In this document: positions 46,063 through 59,897 of the stretch, piece after piece | Position numbering within the stretch: the first letter of the stretch is position 1 | How the letters are laid out: each line of letters opens with the position of its first letter | Assembly: GCA_964188305.1 (NCBI GenBank) | Contig: OZ076894.1 | Strand: one strand, 5' to 3' | Source of the DNA: Podarcis bocagei | Taxonomy: Eukaryota | Length of the DNA stretch: 64,000 nt | Position numbers and translations under genes: made by a program | The notes under the pieces: generated by a model | Databases searched by the model: none | What the model was told of the DNA's origin: nothing | What the model saw: the letters and a program-made list of their open reading frames with translations, nothing else

Positions 46063-47177
46063 CTGGAAAAGAGAGAGACAAAGAGACATCAGTAAACAGG
46101 TTAAATAGTGGAAAACAAAAAACAAACAAACTGCTAAATATAAAAAAAATGAAAACACCCAGGCTTTCTCATAGTATTTTTCAGTTAAATCACATTTCAG
46201 TCTCACTCTGACATTCGAATCATGTTCTGTAGTTCTCATGGTTTTTCCCCCTCCACAAAAGATGTCATTTCCTTTTATTGCTACAGAAAATTTGGTCATG
46301 TGCTGTAATGAGCAGCAGTTTCCTCTAGCAACTGATTTTGCATTTTAAAATGCTTTTAGCAGATTTGTTAATTGATATACATGCAAAACATATTCAACCC
46401 TTTTGAGGCAGGATGAGTTCTAAAAACACATTAGGTAACGTCTACAGAAAGAAGTTAAAGGATGCATATGGAACTTGTTAAAGCTGTAAAAACCCTTAGA
46501 AATGAAGCTTTGAACGATGCAAAATATTCAAATTGAAAAAAGATGCGAACTCTGAGCAACATGTCTGATGAACCTACACCTAAAATAGTAACTTTATTAC
46601 TTTCTCATGTTTTACCAGTATATTTCTATTAGCATTTTATTCATGTATTTGTTTCTTAAAGCTTGTAAAATTACAATTTGTAAAAATTCAGAATAATTCT
46701 GTTTTGTGATTTAAGCATACAGATTAATATTTAATTCTTGCTAAGAAAACCAGCCACAGTAGCTTATGGAAAGACAAAATAAGTTGAGTTGAACGTTGAG
46801 ACATTACCAGAAGAAAGTATTAGAGGGAAGCATATGAGGGTTGTATTTGGCCAAGTCATACCCATGGCAGACCCATCAAAATCAGTTGAATTGAATAACT
46901 TAATCCAGAAATTTTCATGGGTCTATTCTGAGCATAATTTAGTTGAATATAACATATAAAAATAAATAGGTTTTCAACAAAAATCTCATAAAAATGTAGT
47001 TCATCATTTAAAACTGAAACCAAGATTTAAAAGGTGAAAAACTAATATGACTGTGAGAAATCTTAAGTGATAGACTAGACAACAACTGACATAGACAGCA
47101 CCAGAGGAGGGCAGTGTAGCAATGTCCCCCTAGGTAAGCAGTGTGCACACATACACACACATTGCTCTATTGAAATT

Positions 47178-47183
47178 TTATTA

Positions 47184-47247
<64 letters not shown>
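47178..47247. repeat. (TTA)n microsatellite
   Basis: Directly visible; source of the poly-Ile ORF. Confidence 0.95.
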
Positions 47248-48249
47248 GAATCATACACATCAAATTAAAATAAATCCATTTAAAATTAGCATATTTATTT
47301 GAAAGGTAACAAAACAAAAACAAAACAAATCATTAACATACAAATATCCTGTCCACTGCCCAATGTGCTCAAAACCAGAGCATATTGTTGGTTTTCTGTA
47401 TTTCTTTAAATATAAATGTTCTATAAATATCAACGTTCTCATCACAGCCAAACATGAATCATGTTGAATCATGATGGCATCCAATATAAGGACAAATTCA
47501 TTTGGGTGTGGATAACAGGCCTCAAATTACTCTCTTGTAGTGAAGACATGAGGAGTGAAAGCACAAGCTGATACCCAGTGTTAATGTTAATGTTTTTAAT
47601 ATTAACTGATTTAAGAGACTAGTGATTCTTCTTTTTTCCTTTGCATGCATTAGTGATTCAATTTATTGCACTTATATGCTTCAGCTGAATCTCAAAGCAG
47701 CTTACAAACAGTAACAACGGCAGCAATAAACATAACAGAACATCAGTGCAAAACATCACAATTACAATACCTGGGGTCAAATAAAAGTTGGCGTTACCAA
47801 ATCATATACAATCTTTAACAAATCAACAATTATAAGTACTTATAAACTATACAACAAGACTAATGAAACACACAAACTGCTTCAGTAACCATTATCCCTA
47901 CTCAATGTATTAAATGCAGAGAGCCCAGCATCTTGAGAGGAACTTGATGAAATAAGAATACCTAGAAGCACTTCCATACTATAACAAACACTTTCCCCAA
48001 ATCACATAATGTCGTTCTTGTGGGCAATAGCCCTACTGCTGTAACTCAAACCTACAAACTCATAAAGAGACTGAGGAAAAATACCCCCGTCCTTGGGACT
48101 GCATGCTATCACCAAGAAGTGCCACCAAGAAGTACCACCTAAGAACATGGGACAAGTCTTTTGGATCAGGTCCACGGCCCATCTATTCCAGCATCCAGTT
48201 CTCACAGTGGCCAGCCGGATGCCTGTGAGAAACCGGCAACCAAGATCTG

Positions 48250-48497
48250 AGAAGAAGAAGAGTTTGGATTTGATATCCCGCCTTTCACTCCCTTTAAAGA
48301 GTCTCAAAGCGGCTAACATTCTCCTTTCCCTTCCTCCCCCACAACAAACACTCTGTGAGGTGAGTGGGGCTGAGAGACTTCAAAGAAGTATGACTGGCCC
48401 AAGGTCACGCAGCAGCTGCAAGTGGAGGAGCGGAGACTCAAACCCGGTTCCCCAGATTACGAGACTACCGCTCTTAACCACTACACCACACTGGCTC
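48250..48497 (-). mobile_element. Young tRNA-derived SINE (Squam3/POM-like), nested in an older CR1-type 3' fragment (about 48141-48605)
   Basis: Near-identical to 2935-3188; flanks aagaacat...ggcccatct...cagcatcc and ccagcaactagtattcagaagcat...catggctagtagc. Confidence 0.85.
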
Positions 48498-50039
48498 TCA
48501 GTGAGCATGAGAGCCCTGTCCCTTTCTGTGACTTCCAGCAACTAGTATTCAGAAGCATAATCCCTCCAACACCAGAGGCAGAGTAGAGCCATCATGGCTA
48601 GTAGCAACCCCCCCCCCAAAAAAAAAACACACCATACCCCAGTAGCAATCCAAACAATTGAAGGGAACAATATCCTTTTACAAAACTATGGGCCAGGTGA
48701 GCAGCAATCGGCAGCAGGCACAGCCCATCATTCTTCCCAACGGTTCTGCTCAACAGCTCAACAATGCTTAAAAGTCACATGCCCTTTCTTTTGTAAAACC
48801 AGAAAGTTTCTTCTTCATTAGAAAGGTCAGACAACAGCGGGAAATCAAAGCCTGCCGAGATAGATTAAATGCACACTGCAGGGCATATGTTTCCAACATC
48901 TCTCTTTTCAGCAGCAAAGAAATGAGTTAGCAACTACATTCAAAGAAGGAAAGCCTGCTGATGGAATGATACTGCCTAAAAGCAGAAAGAAAGTAAAATG
49001 CATACTTGCAAAGTGATATGTGGTATAGTGGGAAGTAGCATGTTTGAGTTTTCTGGGGTTTTCTGAGTAAAAGCAAAGATGAAGTGGACCTTCTGTTCTC
49101 AAATAGAAAATGGCCTGGGCAATAATATGAATACTCAAGCTCAGACAATATCTGAGCTGTTCTCTTAACATTGCTGGTTGAATACAGAGGAAGATTATCT
49201 GGAACTGTCAGAAGCTGTGTGGACTGTCCTACTAATCACATGATGGATTAGTATTTGGGGGTTTTGGGTCAGTATGAAATTTTTTAAGCTTTACTCCTCA
49301 AAACAGTAGGGATAACAAATTTGTTCATGGTGGCATACATTCACCATGTAAACTTTACCATCACAGGGGTTTGTAGCTGCTTCATAAAGATGGCAGCCTA
49401 TCCAGTTATCTCCACCACATATTTCTTTTACTGCCACTGCTGGCTTGAGATTTATTTTTCATTGGATTTCCCTCCTAACTTCAGAACTAGCCTCTCCTAG
49501 AGGGTGTTACCATATTTATTTTCTTAAAATAGGCTCTCTAATAGTACAGTCAATAGCAACTTGCCCAGTGGGGTGGAAGGGCAACCATAGCATCCTGGCA
49601 GGTGTGTTGTTGCTGTTTACAGGGAAGGAGAGAGGGAGGGGTGATTGGCACAGAACAGAACTCTGCAATACTATTACCAGCAGCTGCAGTTATCACAGCA
49701 ATCATTAATGACTGAGTCTTATGAACAGATAGAGTCATTCTTCTTTTGCAGTTTGTTTGGGGTTTTGCCATGCCCAGTTCAAGTCTTTCTACTGCCTACA
49801 TCTCATTAATAACCCATAGCTCACTCTATTTATAATTCCCAACAAACCATTTTGATTATATCTTTATCAGAACATAACATCTGAGACTTACTGTAATCCT
49901 GCATTGCAAAAACAAAATTGCTTTCACTCACACATCTGGACATTCTTCCAGTTCCAGAACCAATCCTCAGTTTAATGGGAATTGCTGAAATCTATGTACT
50001 ACTCTGATGTTTAAGTTCTTGAGTCCCTTGCACGGGATT

Positions 50040-50248
50040 GGGGTTAGAATGTCGGAACAGGATCTGGGAGACCAGGGTTCAAATCCCCACTCCACTATGA
50101 AGCTCACTGAGTGACCTTGGGTCAGTCCCTGCCTCTCAGCCTAACCAACCTTGGAGGGTAGAGGATTAAATGAGGAGGGGGAGAACCATGTATGGCACCT
50201 TGAGCTTCTCAGAGGAAAAATGTGAGCTATAAAAGCAAATAAAGAAAA
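50040..50248 (+). mobile_element. Older MIR/Ther1-related SINE (Squam3-like)
   Basis: ggttaga (A box part), gggttcaaatcccc (B box), gtgaccttgggtcagtc core, A-rich tail. Confidence 0.7.
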
Positions 50249-51945
50249 TGTCTAATGCATACTTGCAAAAACAATATGACTGACTAAAGATTCTAGGTTG
50301 ACATTACACAAATGCACAAAAAGTGTAAGGTCCCTGCATACTCTGGAAATGGAAATCGGATCAATGTAAAAAAAGATATATGAACTATGCATCAATATAT
50401 CAAAGTACAAAATAAAAAATGAGTTACAAAGGTTCTAAATAAATATATAACAATAGATGCACACTATGCATACTGTAGTCAATAAGTTAGGAGACATGTC
50501 CTTTTATGAATAGGACAAGGAATGTTGCTTAAGGAACAGCCCTCTAGTTGTCAGTAGGGTGCATGCACTCTCAGTGTGCACTCATGGCAAAAAGCCTGGC
50601 TTTGAACATGCCTCATACAGGCATGTTCCCTTGCAGCTACTACACTTCTTGTGCCATTTGTACACTAGGGGTCCTTTGGGAAACGATACATAGCCAAGTC
50701 TCAGGTTTACTGATTTTCTGCTTGGTCTCTATAACACACTAGAAAGGTATCTCATGTTCTTTTAGATAAGCAAACCACAGACAAGCAGAGACAAAAAGTG
50801 CAGAAAAAGTCTAACTGTAGATACTTCAGCACTAAATTAGGATACCTTCAGCACTCAGTTAGCAATGGATGCATATGCACTTCATGGGCTAGGCATGCCA
50901 GTTCTAAGCAGGCCAAAGGTGGAAGTGCAATCATGAGACTCAGGATTCCAGTACCTGAAGGAGACCTTTCCTGGAATTGTCCTGCCTCTTAAGATCTGAA
51001 TGAGATGCTCTTTCTGATTTCTTACATCCAAAGCTGGTAGCACAAGAACAGACCCTCTCTGTGGCCATTTGGCTGGTGCCTATGCTGTTATCCTTCTGTA
51101 GTTGGCAAACAACTCTGCTGTGTGGAGATTTTATGGACCTGTCTGAAGTTTTTGTGTGGTTTATGCATTTTAATTGGTTCTATCTGTTCCTCATGTGCAT
51201 TATTATGATATATATTGTTACCTGCCCTGAGGTCAAGGGTGAGAGAGGACAGGAAAAATCTCCTAAATAAATGAAGTATCTTCTAATGGCATTATAGCTA
51301 ATTTGAATTCAACCAAGACCCATTAAGCCTGACGTGAGAGCGAATTTTCCTGTTCAAAGTTAAAGCAGATGAATATGACTCACAGTTTTACATCATGGTA
51401 ATTTGGGGTATGTTCAACCCAGTTAAACAAGACAATTTTAAATATTTTAGTCTCATGAACTTCACCAAATAGCAGCAGGGTTTAAATTCAAGGATTCTGC
51501 CGTAAGTAACTTGTGGACAAAAATGACAAAGTAGCACAAAGTTTAGCAACAACCAAATAAAGTGGTGAGCAGCAGGCACCTGCACTCATTTACAGTGTTT
51601 AAGTCTCATTCTGCAGCATCAGAAAGGGCAGAAAAAAAATAAATAGCCAAGAACATGGAACTCAAAATGAGGACTTGGCATGGCATCCAGTTGGATATTT
51701 TGGAGATGCAAGACATACAAGCTACACAAGACCATCTTAATATATTTTATGGTATGTATAAATAAATCTACATTTCCACAGCTAGAAGTCCATGGGTACT
51801 GTCTACAAAAACTGAAAAATAATTGCTACATTTCAATTATACTTCTAAAATGATAAAATAAGAAAGGAAAAACAGAATCAAAAATAACTAAGAACAGAAA
51901 TGCCCCTCTGAATAAAGAATGGAAGATAAGGCTGGTGATACTCAC

Positions 51946-52044
51946 AGTTGTGGTGGTAATCACTTCCTCAGTTACAACCTTTAATGTATCAACCACTGAG
52001 ATATATCCCAGACGCTTAGCAATTGCTAAAGCAGTGTTGCCATT
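51946..52044 (-). CDS. ANK2: ANK2 exon, last ankyrin repeat and linker start ([33 protein letters not shown])
   Basis: 99 nt, acceptor tcctttcag, donor ACT|gtgagt. Confidence 0.95.
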
Positions 52045-54083
52045 CTGAAAGGAGAAAAGAGGGAGAGAAGGAGAAGGAGAGGGAGAGGGAGAGGGAGGAT
52101 TATGATATGAACCAATGAGATCACACCCTGCACTGAATGAGCCAGCATTTCCATCCAAAACAAGGCATTCGCTTAGGAAAATCAGTGTGCTTTACTGTTA
52201 AATCTGAATCTCTCTTTGCAACTTTGCTCAGACTACAGCCCCAATTGCCATGGTAACAAAACACACAGAACATCTGCCTGTTACACTTAATAAAAATCTA
52301 CTGCTTTTAATGGTTTAACCCACAACTTTCTATATTACACTTTATAAAATCTGGCTTTGCTACAACTCCTGATTAATTTTACCAAACATGTTTTTAATTG
52401 AGAATAACTTGATTAATAAATAGCTTAAGAGGCTCCACTTAAAAAATAGAAAGATGAGATGATTCATGCAAATGGTGCAACAGGAAAAAAAAACCTAGGC
52501 AAGGCAAAACAAATCAGAGACCGTATTTAAAATTCAATATACAAATGCCACTGCCAACAGGATGCCCTCCAGATGTTGTTGAACTACAGCTCCCTTAATC
52601 CCTGGTGGGAATTGTAGCCCAACAGCATATGAAGGAAACCACACTGGCTATCCCTAGACTGGGGGGATAGAATATTCAGCAATTATATGCTTCAATTTCT
52701 ATTTGGGTGAACAAAATATATTTAATCCAAAAGTAGCACCACTAATTTGTGTTATGTTTGGGGCTGTACCAAATGTCCTTCAATTTCAGTTTTCAGGGGT
52801 TAAGTAGTATTTTCAGGGAGAATGTGAAATATTTCCTAGGAAAATCTAAACTGTGCAAACACTTGCCATCTGAGAATACTTACACACACCCACTCAGTGC
52901 AGTTTCAGCACCAAATTTTGATTTCTCATATGTTGATTTTTGGCTGGAGGAGCTTCTAGACTGTTGCTATTTTCAGCTAAAATTTAATCATACACCAACA
53001 AATTTGGGCTGTGCCATTATTGTTGACTGACAAGTCTTGCACATCAACCCGTTTCCCCTAAAGATTGGAGTTTTTTGCGATAAGGAGGGTGACTGGAAAA
53101 TGTAGTGGGATGACACTTAATTTGGTGCAACACGAACCTCCCCGCAAAGAGAAAGCTTTTCTATTCTATGTGAGAAATGACTGCGTGAACAAGGCACTGT
53201 TTCATCTCAGTTCTAGTCAGGCTACACAGAAAGCCAATTTGCCCTCTGGGGGTTTGTGGGACTGCTGTGCCGGGCCTCAACTGCCACCCACCTTCTGATC
53301 AGATAAGTAGCCATTCTTAACCTGAGAAGCCATGGTTTCCAATGTCAACCATCTTCTGAAGTTGCACACCTTCCTATATGAGCACCAGTTCCTGGGGGCT
53401 GACCCCTTTTGCCCCCTCAAATATTTTTGGGTGGGAGCTTTCCCCCCCCCCATGTCCAAAAAGCACAGAGGTGAAGCATGGAGCCAAGCGCAGCACAGCA
53501 CAGCTCCAATGGCCAGCTCCTTCTCTTTCTCCTCCTGCCACGGAGGTGAAAGAGGATCAAAGCAACTTCCTGCTTGTGGTGGCACCAGGAGGAGCCACCA
53601 ACCATTGAGATTCTGCCCCAGCTCCTCCTGACATCCTGATGTCAGGTGCATGACGTTGCGTCCCCTTCCCCCATCGCCCTTGCAAGCTGGTCCCTCTGTC
53701 TCCCTTCATGTTCCTCTGAAACTCTTTGAAGGAACAGATTTCAGAACTGATCCCATCAATCAGGCCCCATCCTCTTTTGAATAGAATACAGTCTTCAGGT
53801 TGTCTTGACATTACACTTTCACTGAGTCTAACCTTTAGTCACACACTGGGGGAACGTGGCTATCAGTGAAATTACACCATACTCTTATTCTTTGAGGAAA
53901 CGGATACACGCTATTGTGTCACAGCCAATCAGGAAACAATCTAAGATAACAAATTAGGCCCTACTCTTTCCCTATGCTGGATGGTATGGTGGGTGCTTTA
54001 TTATCATTAGCCTAAAACACAGAACCAGAAAGAGAAAACTACACCATGAAATGAAGGAAACAGTGTGGCAATACCATGCTTAC

Positions 54084-54182
54084 CGCAGTGATTGCATTTG
54101 GTTTGGCCCCATGTTGGAGAAGAACATTGATGATGTGTGTGTGACCTTGCTGAGCAGCTTGATGCAGAGGAGTGTACCCATT
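54084..54182 (-). CDS. ANK2: ANK2 exon, ankyrin repeat ([33 protein letters not shown])
   Basis: 99 nt, acceptor ctacag, donor GCG|gtaagc. Confidence 0.95.
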
Positions 54183-56038
54183 CTGTAGTTAGTGGTAGTT
54201 CACACATTTAGGGGAGGGAAAAACAGCAACATCAATATATATATTTGCATATTCCCTAGATTATTTTAATGAAGGTATAACTCATAATTGCTGGCAACCT
54301 TGCAATCATATCTGTTTGGATATTGCAATTTTCATTATTAATATATTTTATAGAAAAGTATTCTTTCACCATTAATAACTAAAGGCAAGTAATAGCTACC
54401 AGATTTATATTAAGGTTTAGAAAAAGGGAGGTGGCGAGAAATTAATCAATGGGCCAAAGCTTATAGGACAAAGCAGTTATTAAGTAAAGACTAGTGATGC
54501 CATGGAAGTTTGTGAAGTTTTTATATTCTTTAAAACTGTTCACAACTTCCCCTCCATGCTTTTCTATGGGCTAGTCACTGGAAGAGAAGTATGAGCAATA
54601 CATCACACAAACCCTTGTTGATCATCCAATTGATTTATTTTTCTTGGAGATTTCAGAGTGTAATATAGCAGATCCATGAAGAAAAAGCTAACACAGGCTT
54701 CAAAGTAAACTAACTTTTGGTTAGAAATTCATTTTTCCATTTGCTTTTCTTATATGCCGCCTATATTTCCTAAAGAAGGCTTGTGTTCTAAAAGCAACTT
54801 CAGCTAAATATAACACTGGGTGAGACAGAACATTTAGAGACAGAGGCAATGCCACAACATTTTCAATCCAGCCATTCTTAAGGCCACACAGTAAACTACT
54901 GAAATGGAATTTTTCAGAAAGGGGGGAGAAGTTATTACAGTAAAACAGCAAACTATAAAACTCTTCTTGCTAATAACACATCACGTGCCAAACTTAACTG
55001 AATGTCTTGGATGCAATTTAAAGAGAAGTATATTCAAAATTGGTGCATCTTATCTTTTATGTTTCCATATAGCAGAGGACATTTTAAAACAAAACAAAAC
55101 CCCAACCCCTTTCCAGACTAACTGGCAGCCAGATGTATGGATTCACTCAGTTAAAAGAGCAGCTTCCTTTTGCTAGATTTTCAAAGTATGTATCTATCTC
55201 TTAGAAGCATGGGAACGAGGTGTTCTTTTTCCTATAGAGGGACTTCAAAACTTTCAGCTGCAGAATGCAACTTAAAAAAAAACTGCACTTATGCTGAAAG
55301 CCAGTTGGAAAGTAAAGGAAAGAATTAGGAAGGGGTAGAAACAGCAGTTAAGGTTCACTGCTTGCCCCCACATGGCTGCATTGTGGGACAAAGGCCATGC
55401 AAGTCAACTGAACTTCTTATCTTGTCCAGAGGGTTGTCAGAGAGTTCTGTCATTCTTGCATCAGGCCACTAGATTTCTTTGCTGGGTTCAGAGGAAGGGG
55501 CTTCCCTCCTCTGGTAGTCCAGAGATTTCCATGCTAGGAGCAGAGGAGGGCAGAATGTTCCATTCATTTCCTGCCGACCTGCTCAGTCGTCCTGCTCAGA
55601 CCTGCACACAATTCCTTATCAGCTATGGCTTATATACAAGACCACTCTAAAACTTGTATTCATCATTGATGAAGGTATGCCTGAACCAAGATGTGTTTCA
55701 GAAAAATCACATCAAAGCACAAGTCTCTGGATCATTATTCTGCTTCCATTTTATAACAAAATAATCTAAAAATTGAAATCCACATGAGTGATCATCTGTG
55801 TCTGCTTCTCATACGTGCACATGTGTCCCTAGTCCACAAACAAATTATTAATGGTTCTCAGCTTGGCTTACTGAGTACTGCATTGCAATTTTGACCAAAC
55901 TTGCTACAGTCGATGAGAACCACATTCTGCTTTCAGCATACTTCCCTGGAACAGTTAAAATACGAAGTGCAAATTGCCATCACATGTTTGCAAAGCAGCA
56001 AAGGGGAGGGGGAGAGGAAATTATGAACAAATGTTTAC

Positions 56039-56137
56039 CTTTGTCTTTGCATTGACGTTAGCTCCCTGCTTCAGGAGAAAGTTGACCATCTTGATGTTCC
56101 CATAGTGACAAGCCACTATTAATGGACTGTAACCCAG
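56039..56137 (-). CDS. ANK2: ANK2 exon, ankyrin repeat ([33 protein letters not shown])
   Basis: 99 nt, acceptor tttgtag, donor AAG|gtaaac. Confidence 0.95.
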
Positions 56138-56236
56138 CTACAAATAAAAAGCAACCCAAAAAACCACAAAAAATAAGTAGTGAATATGATATCACACTGG
56201 AAATTTATTTTATCATCTTGGAAGTTACTGATATAC

Positions 56237-56335
56237 CTTGGTCTGGGCATCTTTGTTTGCCCCATGTTTTATCAGGATATCTGCTACATTCACTTTATCT
56301 TCTTGAGCTGCCAAATGTAAAGATGTCAATCCACT
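56237..56335 (-). CDS. ANK2: ANK2 exon, ankyrin repeat ([33 protein letters not shown])
   Basis: 99 nt, acceptor tttacag, donor AAG|gtatat. Confidence 0.95.
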
Positions 56336-57230
56336 CTGTAAATTAAATATAAACAGTCCTTTATTGTATTATAGATACAGGAGTATTTGCAACAGCTGAA
56401 CCTTCTGAAACAGTATCAGCAGCAACCAAACATAAAGCTTATTACCACAGTCAAGCCTCAGGCATACAAAGGCATGCATGGCAGTAGCTATGTCTTCATT
56501 GAAGAGAAGATGTCTTCTCACCATGAACATCCTGACGCTGTGAACTAGTGCTACCAGGGGGCCTGAATCCCATCAATGGAAGGAATCTTAATCACTTACA
56601 AGTCAGAAAGACTGCCAGCTATCATTCTGTCTATCACATCCGCCATGACTAGATTTAATTCTAGGAAGCTCACTCACAGCCAATCCCCAGTTATGGCCCA
56701 ACATGAAAGAGCAGCAAGTGCAGATCTGAAGAAGATGAATGCCAAAGGTAGAGTTGGATATCATGAGAGACCTGATAGCTCTGAATGCTATGGCCAGGGG
56801 CCTCATACACATATTGAACAGGAACATCCTATGAGGACAATGAGCAAATGTCCATCACAAGCCTTTGGGGCCTTTCTCTCAGGAATGAACGAAATTTTCC
56901 AAGAACAGATCTCCCTACACAACTGACCAACTCCCACAGTCATGCCAACAACATCGCAGCACCAACATAATAAATGCATGAAAAACTCCTCTGTTATTCT
57001 ATAGGCAGAGAACCAGGCCATGAGAACTGCCTAAGTACGGGACCAAAAACCAAGCAAGTAAGTGTTTTAGAAAGCTTCTACTATCCAGATTTTATTGGGA
57101 TAGAAACATATTTATCTGTTGCTGCATATTCAACATACAATAATATTTTTCTGTTAACTGTGTCACAATACTATCCCTTCTTTCATTTTCTAGATAGCAT
57201 TAGGGTTTTCCATTAACAAGAAGGCATTAC

Positions 57231-57428
57231 CTTTGTGGCCACATGGATATTAGCTCCTTTCTCCAAGAGTAAGTTCACCAGGTCAGCATGACCTTCCTGA
57301 GAGGCCAGGTGAAGTGGAGTCACTCCTTGTTTGGTCAAAATATTGGTCTCTGCTCCATAGTTCAGCAGGGTTGTGGCTATTTGCATCTGATTCTTCTTAG
57401 CAGCAATATGCAGAGGGGTATATCCATT
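57231..57428 (-). CDS. ANK2: ANK2 exon, two ankyrin repeats ([18 protein letters not shown]...[10 protein letters not shown])
   Basis: 198 nt, acceptor tttttag, donor AAG|gtaatg. Confidence 0.95.
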
Positions 57429-57865
57429 CTAAAAACCAGTTGCTTTGAATTAATATGTAATGTCTGCTTTCTTTCACAATAAATATCAATGCACTATTTC
57501 TCCAGAAAACGACCATTCTTTTCTTACTTTTACTGAGTCTAAATCTTCCACCTAAGGGAGGAATATTCTTCAGCAAGCAAGAAATCAGCCTGGGATTCTT
57601 GTGTCAGATCACAGCAGCATGGGATATTTTTGTGACACCAGTCAGTAGTGAAATCCTCAAAGGTTTGCACATTATTCAAGAACAGGACCATGCAATGGCT
57701 TTTCTTAAATCCTGTCAGTCCCTGGAGATTCCCCCCAAAAGCTTAAAGGTCTACTTCTGTTAGACAGTATGCAATTTTAATGCAACTATTTCATAGATAA
57801 AAACAGATAAGCATCACCTATACTGTCAGAACTCCAAGGAAACATTCTGGAATAGGAAATCTCAC

Positions 57866-57964
57866 CTTAGCAGTAGCATGGGGGGAAGAACCTTTCTCCA
57901 GCAACAGTAGGGCCACCTTCTGGTTGTCGTAATGAGCAGCAACATGGAGGGGGGTGAGGCCATT
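57866..57964 (-). CDS. ANK2: ANK2 exon, ankyrin repeat ([33 protein letters not shown])
   Basis: 99 nt, acceptor tttccag, donor AAG|gtgaga. Confidence 0.95.
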
Positions 57965-59288
57965 CTGGAAAGGGTGGGTTTATGTTATGGCATTTAGTGA
58001 TGGTTAGCTCTGCTTCAAGCTACCGTTACATTACAAAAAAAAATATGTTAAATAAGAAGCGATTGACTGATAACAGCACAACATAAACATCGAACTCAGG
58101 GTGAATTATTTTCATATTAGAAAAGTTGCTTAGGAACAGAAAGGGCATTAAAGAAATCATTAGTTAAGGGGCTTTGCTTTGAAAGGGGATAGGCTATTAA
58201 GAATTAATTTAAATTGTCCTAGTTTATATATTTTACAACTTTAACAACACTATTATGCCCTGTAGGCTAATGAGGCTCAAATATGAATTACAGAATGGAG
58301 TAAAACAAAATAATTCAGTCTTACCAACAGAATCATTTGTCAAGTTCGGGGGGGGGGGGACTTGATCCATATAACTGTACTTTTATCCTACCACACTCAC
58401 TACTGAGAAGTCAATGTGGAATTACATGTTTATGTAATCAGAACAAAAATTTACATTACAGAGAACATGAACTCTGCTGAAAATGGTAGCCCTATCAAGT
58501 TCTCTCCCACCTGCTGTGTGCTATCTAATTCAACTTGCTGTGATATCATTCCCTGCCACTATTGCACATAATTAGCTGTAGCTGGCAGAGAAACATGGAG
58601 AAGCTTTACCTACAGATATTGTGGAGTGTGAGTAGGAAATTTGACTTAGGACCAGCAGTGCTGGCAAGAAACCAAAACTTTTACAATAAGATTGTGCAAA
58701 GTGTTCCATATGCATAATTAGACAGTGCTAAGATGCACGCATGAAATCTGCTTGAAGGTTATTACATCTCCGATAACTGCTTTATGTATTTGGATAGATT
58801 TGACTTAGTTTATATGGAGTTAGATACTATTGATTAAAAGTTTTTTTTAAAAAAATAATTTCAGAACTATGGATATCATTCTTGCTAAAAAAATTAACCT
58901 CTATCCAGCTACTTTCTGCTGTATTTAATTCCTGCCCTGAGTCTCTTAACCATTTTCCCATATAAGTTCCTGATTTGTTGCCCAATTCTACAATTATGGA
59001 ATAAAATTTGTCTGTCAACTGCATGTCATTAATTAACTAATATAATATTTCAGATTTGTTTTCTGCAATGCTAATGATATTTCAGTGTTTGTTAACCACA
59101 CTCCTGCGCATACAAGTCCTTTTTGGTGTCAAAAATTAATTTATGACACTCTTGGGATCATCAGTTGCATTTTATTTATATTAATATATAAACAAACTAA
59201 TATATAAATAAAATCTACTTCTAATAGCTGCAATGGAAAATTATTAACAGTATTGACTGGAAAAGGAAATTCAGACACTGATTCCTAC

Positions 59289-59387
59289 CTTTCCAGATGA
59301 ATCAGGAGATGCACGGCGCTGCAGCAGGAGTTTCGCCACATCAATGCTTCCATATTTAGCTGCCACATGCAGTGGTGTGAATCCTTT
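59289..59387 (-). CDS. ANK2: ANK2 exon, ankyrin repeat ([33 protein letters not shown])
   Basis: 99 nt, acceptor tttttag, donor AAG|gtagga; read manually, not in ORF track. Confidence 0.95.
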
Positions 59388-59762
59388 CTAAAAATGTACA
59401 GGTGGAAAAAACCAAAAACATTAATATAATCTTAATTACTTGGTTTTAAAGAATAATCCCTACATATTCTCAATGCAATAACTGCTTAGCCCTCAAATTA
59501 AAATCAAATTTTATCATTAAAGGAACTGAAAAAAGAATTAATCATAACTTCCCAAGGGTCCAAAGCATATTTCCCAACTTGCTAAGTATTTCCACCCCTA
59601 AAAGGAAATATCCCATGCAGGCACTATGTCTGCTAACTTTCAGGTGCTAAGTGAAACAGTTTTATTTCAGGAGGCCTTTGCACCATCAATGTTGTTCTAA
59701 TGTTCTAACCTGAAGTTTAATTTATATTTTGAAATTTGCATATTGTAGGTTTCAGTTTTTTG

Positions 59763-59897
59763 NNNNNNNNNNNNNNNNNNNNNNNNNNNNNNNNNNNNNN
59801 NNNNNNNNNNNNNNNNNNNNNNNNNNNNNNNNNNNNNNNNNNNNNNNNNNNNNNNNNNNNNNNNNNNNNNNNNNNNNNNNNNNNNNNNNNNNNNNNN
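59763..59897. other. Assembly gap (135 N), intronic
   Basis: Run of N; the flanking exons join without a missing repeat (..LATK|KGFTP..). Confidence 0.98.

Noticed and set aside
56138-56236. Intron of exactly 99 nt between two 99-nt repeat exons, as a retained extra repeat
   Set aside because: It reads GTA TAT CAG TAA (immediate in-frame stop) and has no ankyrin similarity.
59763-59897. Gap hiding a missing exon
   Set aside because: The flanking exons give a contiguous ankyrin-repeat sequence.
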